A stretch of 64,000 bases of DNA from Hormiphora californensis (Eukaryota; Animalia; Ctenophora), in the NCBI GenBank assembly GCA_020137815.1, contig CM035360.1, forward strand, positions 3,286,001-3,350,000, in the 5' to 3' direction. Position 1 is the first letter of the stretch. Each line of letters starts with the position of its first letter. Of this stretch, positions 62,940 to 64,000 are shown in pieces. The notes beneath the pieces were generated by a model that saw only the letters and a program-made list of their open reading frames with translations, was not told the DNA's origin and made no database searches. A program made the position numbers and the translations under genes.

Positions 62940-63795
62940 TCAGCCCTTCTTTTTAAGAAAGTCTCTCAAAAGTTCGCTACACTGTCTCTCCAGGAGACCC
63001 AGTTCCTTTCCCTTTTCCCTGATGGTACATTTCCATGTCTCCCGATACTCCTCGTAGTTAGATGCCATCTCAGTTATGTCATCCTGCATCTTCCTCTGGT
63101 GTACCAGTAGTCTATCTACCTGGGGGTAGGTGGGGTTAGGGGTTGTACTAGCAGTCTATCTACCTGGGGGTAGGTGGGGTTAACTAGGGGGTTAGGGGTT
63201 GTACCAGCAGTCGATCTACCTGGGGGTAGGTGGGGTTAACTAGGGGGTTAGAGGTTGTGCTAGCAGTCGATCCATCTGAACGGGGTGGTGGGGTTAACTA
63301 GGCCGGGGGTTAGGGGTTGTACTAGCAGTCGATCTACCTGGGGGTAGGTGGGGTTAACTAGGGGGTTAGGGGTTGCACCAGCAATCGATCTACCTGGGTG
63401 TAGGTGGGGTTAACTAGGGGGTTAGGGGTTGTACTAGCAGTCTATCTACCTGGGGGTAGGTGGGGTTAACTAGGGGGTTAGGGGTTGTACCAGCAGTCGA
63501 TCCATCTGAACGGTTAGGGTGGTGGGTTAGGGGTTGTAGAGCTGTAGTCTGTAGAACTGCCTTTGGTCAAAGGGCCAGACAGGAACAGAAGTGGGGATGG
63601 GGTAAATGGTATATTGTATCAGCAAGGCGGGTAAAAGGCCGGAGTTAGGAGTTAGGTTAGAATTGAGATCGTGACAAACCTGCGACTTCCCTGACCCAAT
63701 AATTACCTGATGATGAAGTGTCTTCATTCTACCAGCTGTGACTGCCACTCTGCTATCTGGCACTGTCCCCTCACTAAATATTTCCCCAATATATC
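62940..63795 (-). CDS. 3' exons of an unidentified gene with a coiled-coil C-terminus (last exon 62940-63119; preceding exon about 63680/63707-63795)
   Basis: CCCCCAG acceptor, then 60 open codons VDRLLVHQRKMQDDITEM..LKKKG*. The upstream exon is bounded by TTTCAG and GT. Confidence 0.6.
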
Positions 63796-64000
63796 TGAAA
63801 GGGTGTATGGGTATAACACATGGTGCATGGGTATAACACATGTCACATACAGTCGGACCCCGATATATACCGGGCAAAATCCGTACAAAAATAATACATT
63901 TTGGGCATTAAACTCAGAAGAAATCAATTTGATAACTTTCTTGGAAATCGCGTGAGACTGTACAGCTGCAGCTATAGGGTATATGCAATACTAAAATGTA

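Overview
Eukaryotic (animal) genomic DNA, most likely a pleurobrachiid ctenophore. That call rests on my recollection of the ctenophore spliced-leader (SL) sequence and needs checking. Bases 1-48,000 are a dense pile of nested transposons: foldback MITEs with termini and target-site duplications (TSDs) resembling Merlin, IS3EU, Kolobok, piggyBac, Academ and Tc1 elements, a Penelope element with minimal hammerhead ribozymes, a CRE-clade element, and several CR1-group LINEs. Small secreted-protein genes sit among them (WSC-like, C-type-lectin-like, and one orphan candidate). Bases 48,000-64,000 hold a RING gene, NEK11, HAUS7 and the 3' end of a minus-strand gene. The main observation concerns two diverged, full-length CR1-group LINEs (27114-33266 +, 34827-39348 -). 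Both start with the same 41-nt leader ending TTAATTTGAG, and in both the 41-nt core lies inside the TSD, which implies the LINE RNAs were SL trans-spliced before retrotransposition. Both also conserve a U_UUU_UUA slippery site that joins ORF1 to ORF2 by a -1 shift. A second theme is tandem arrays built from splice junctions in three neighbouring genes.
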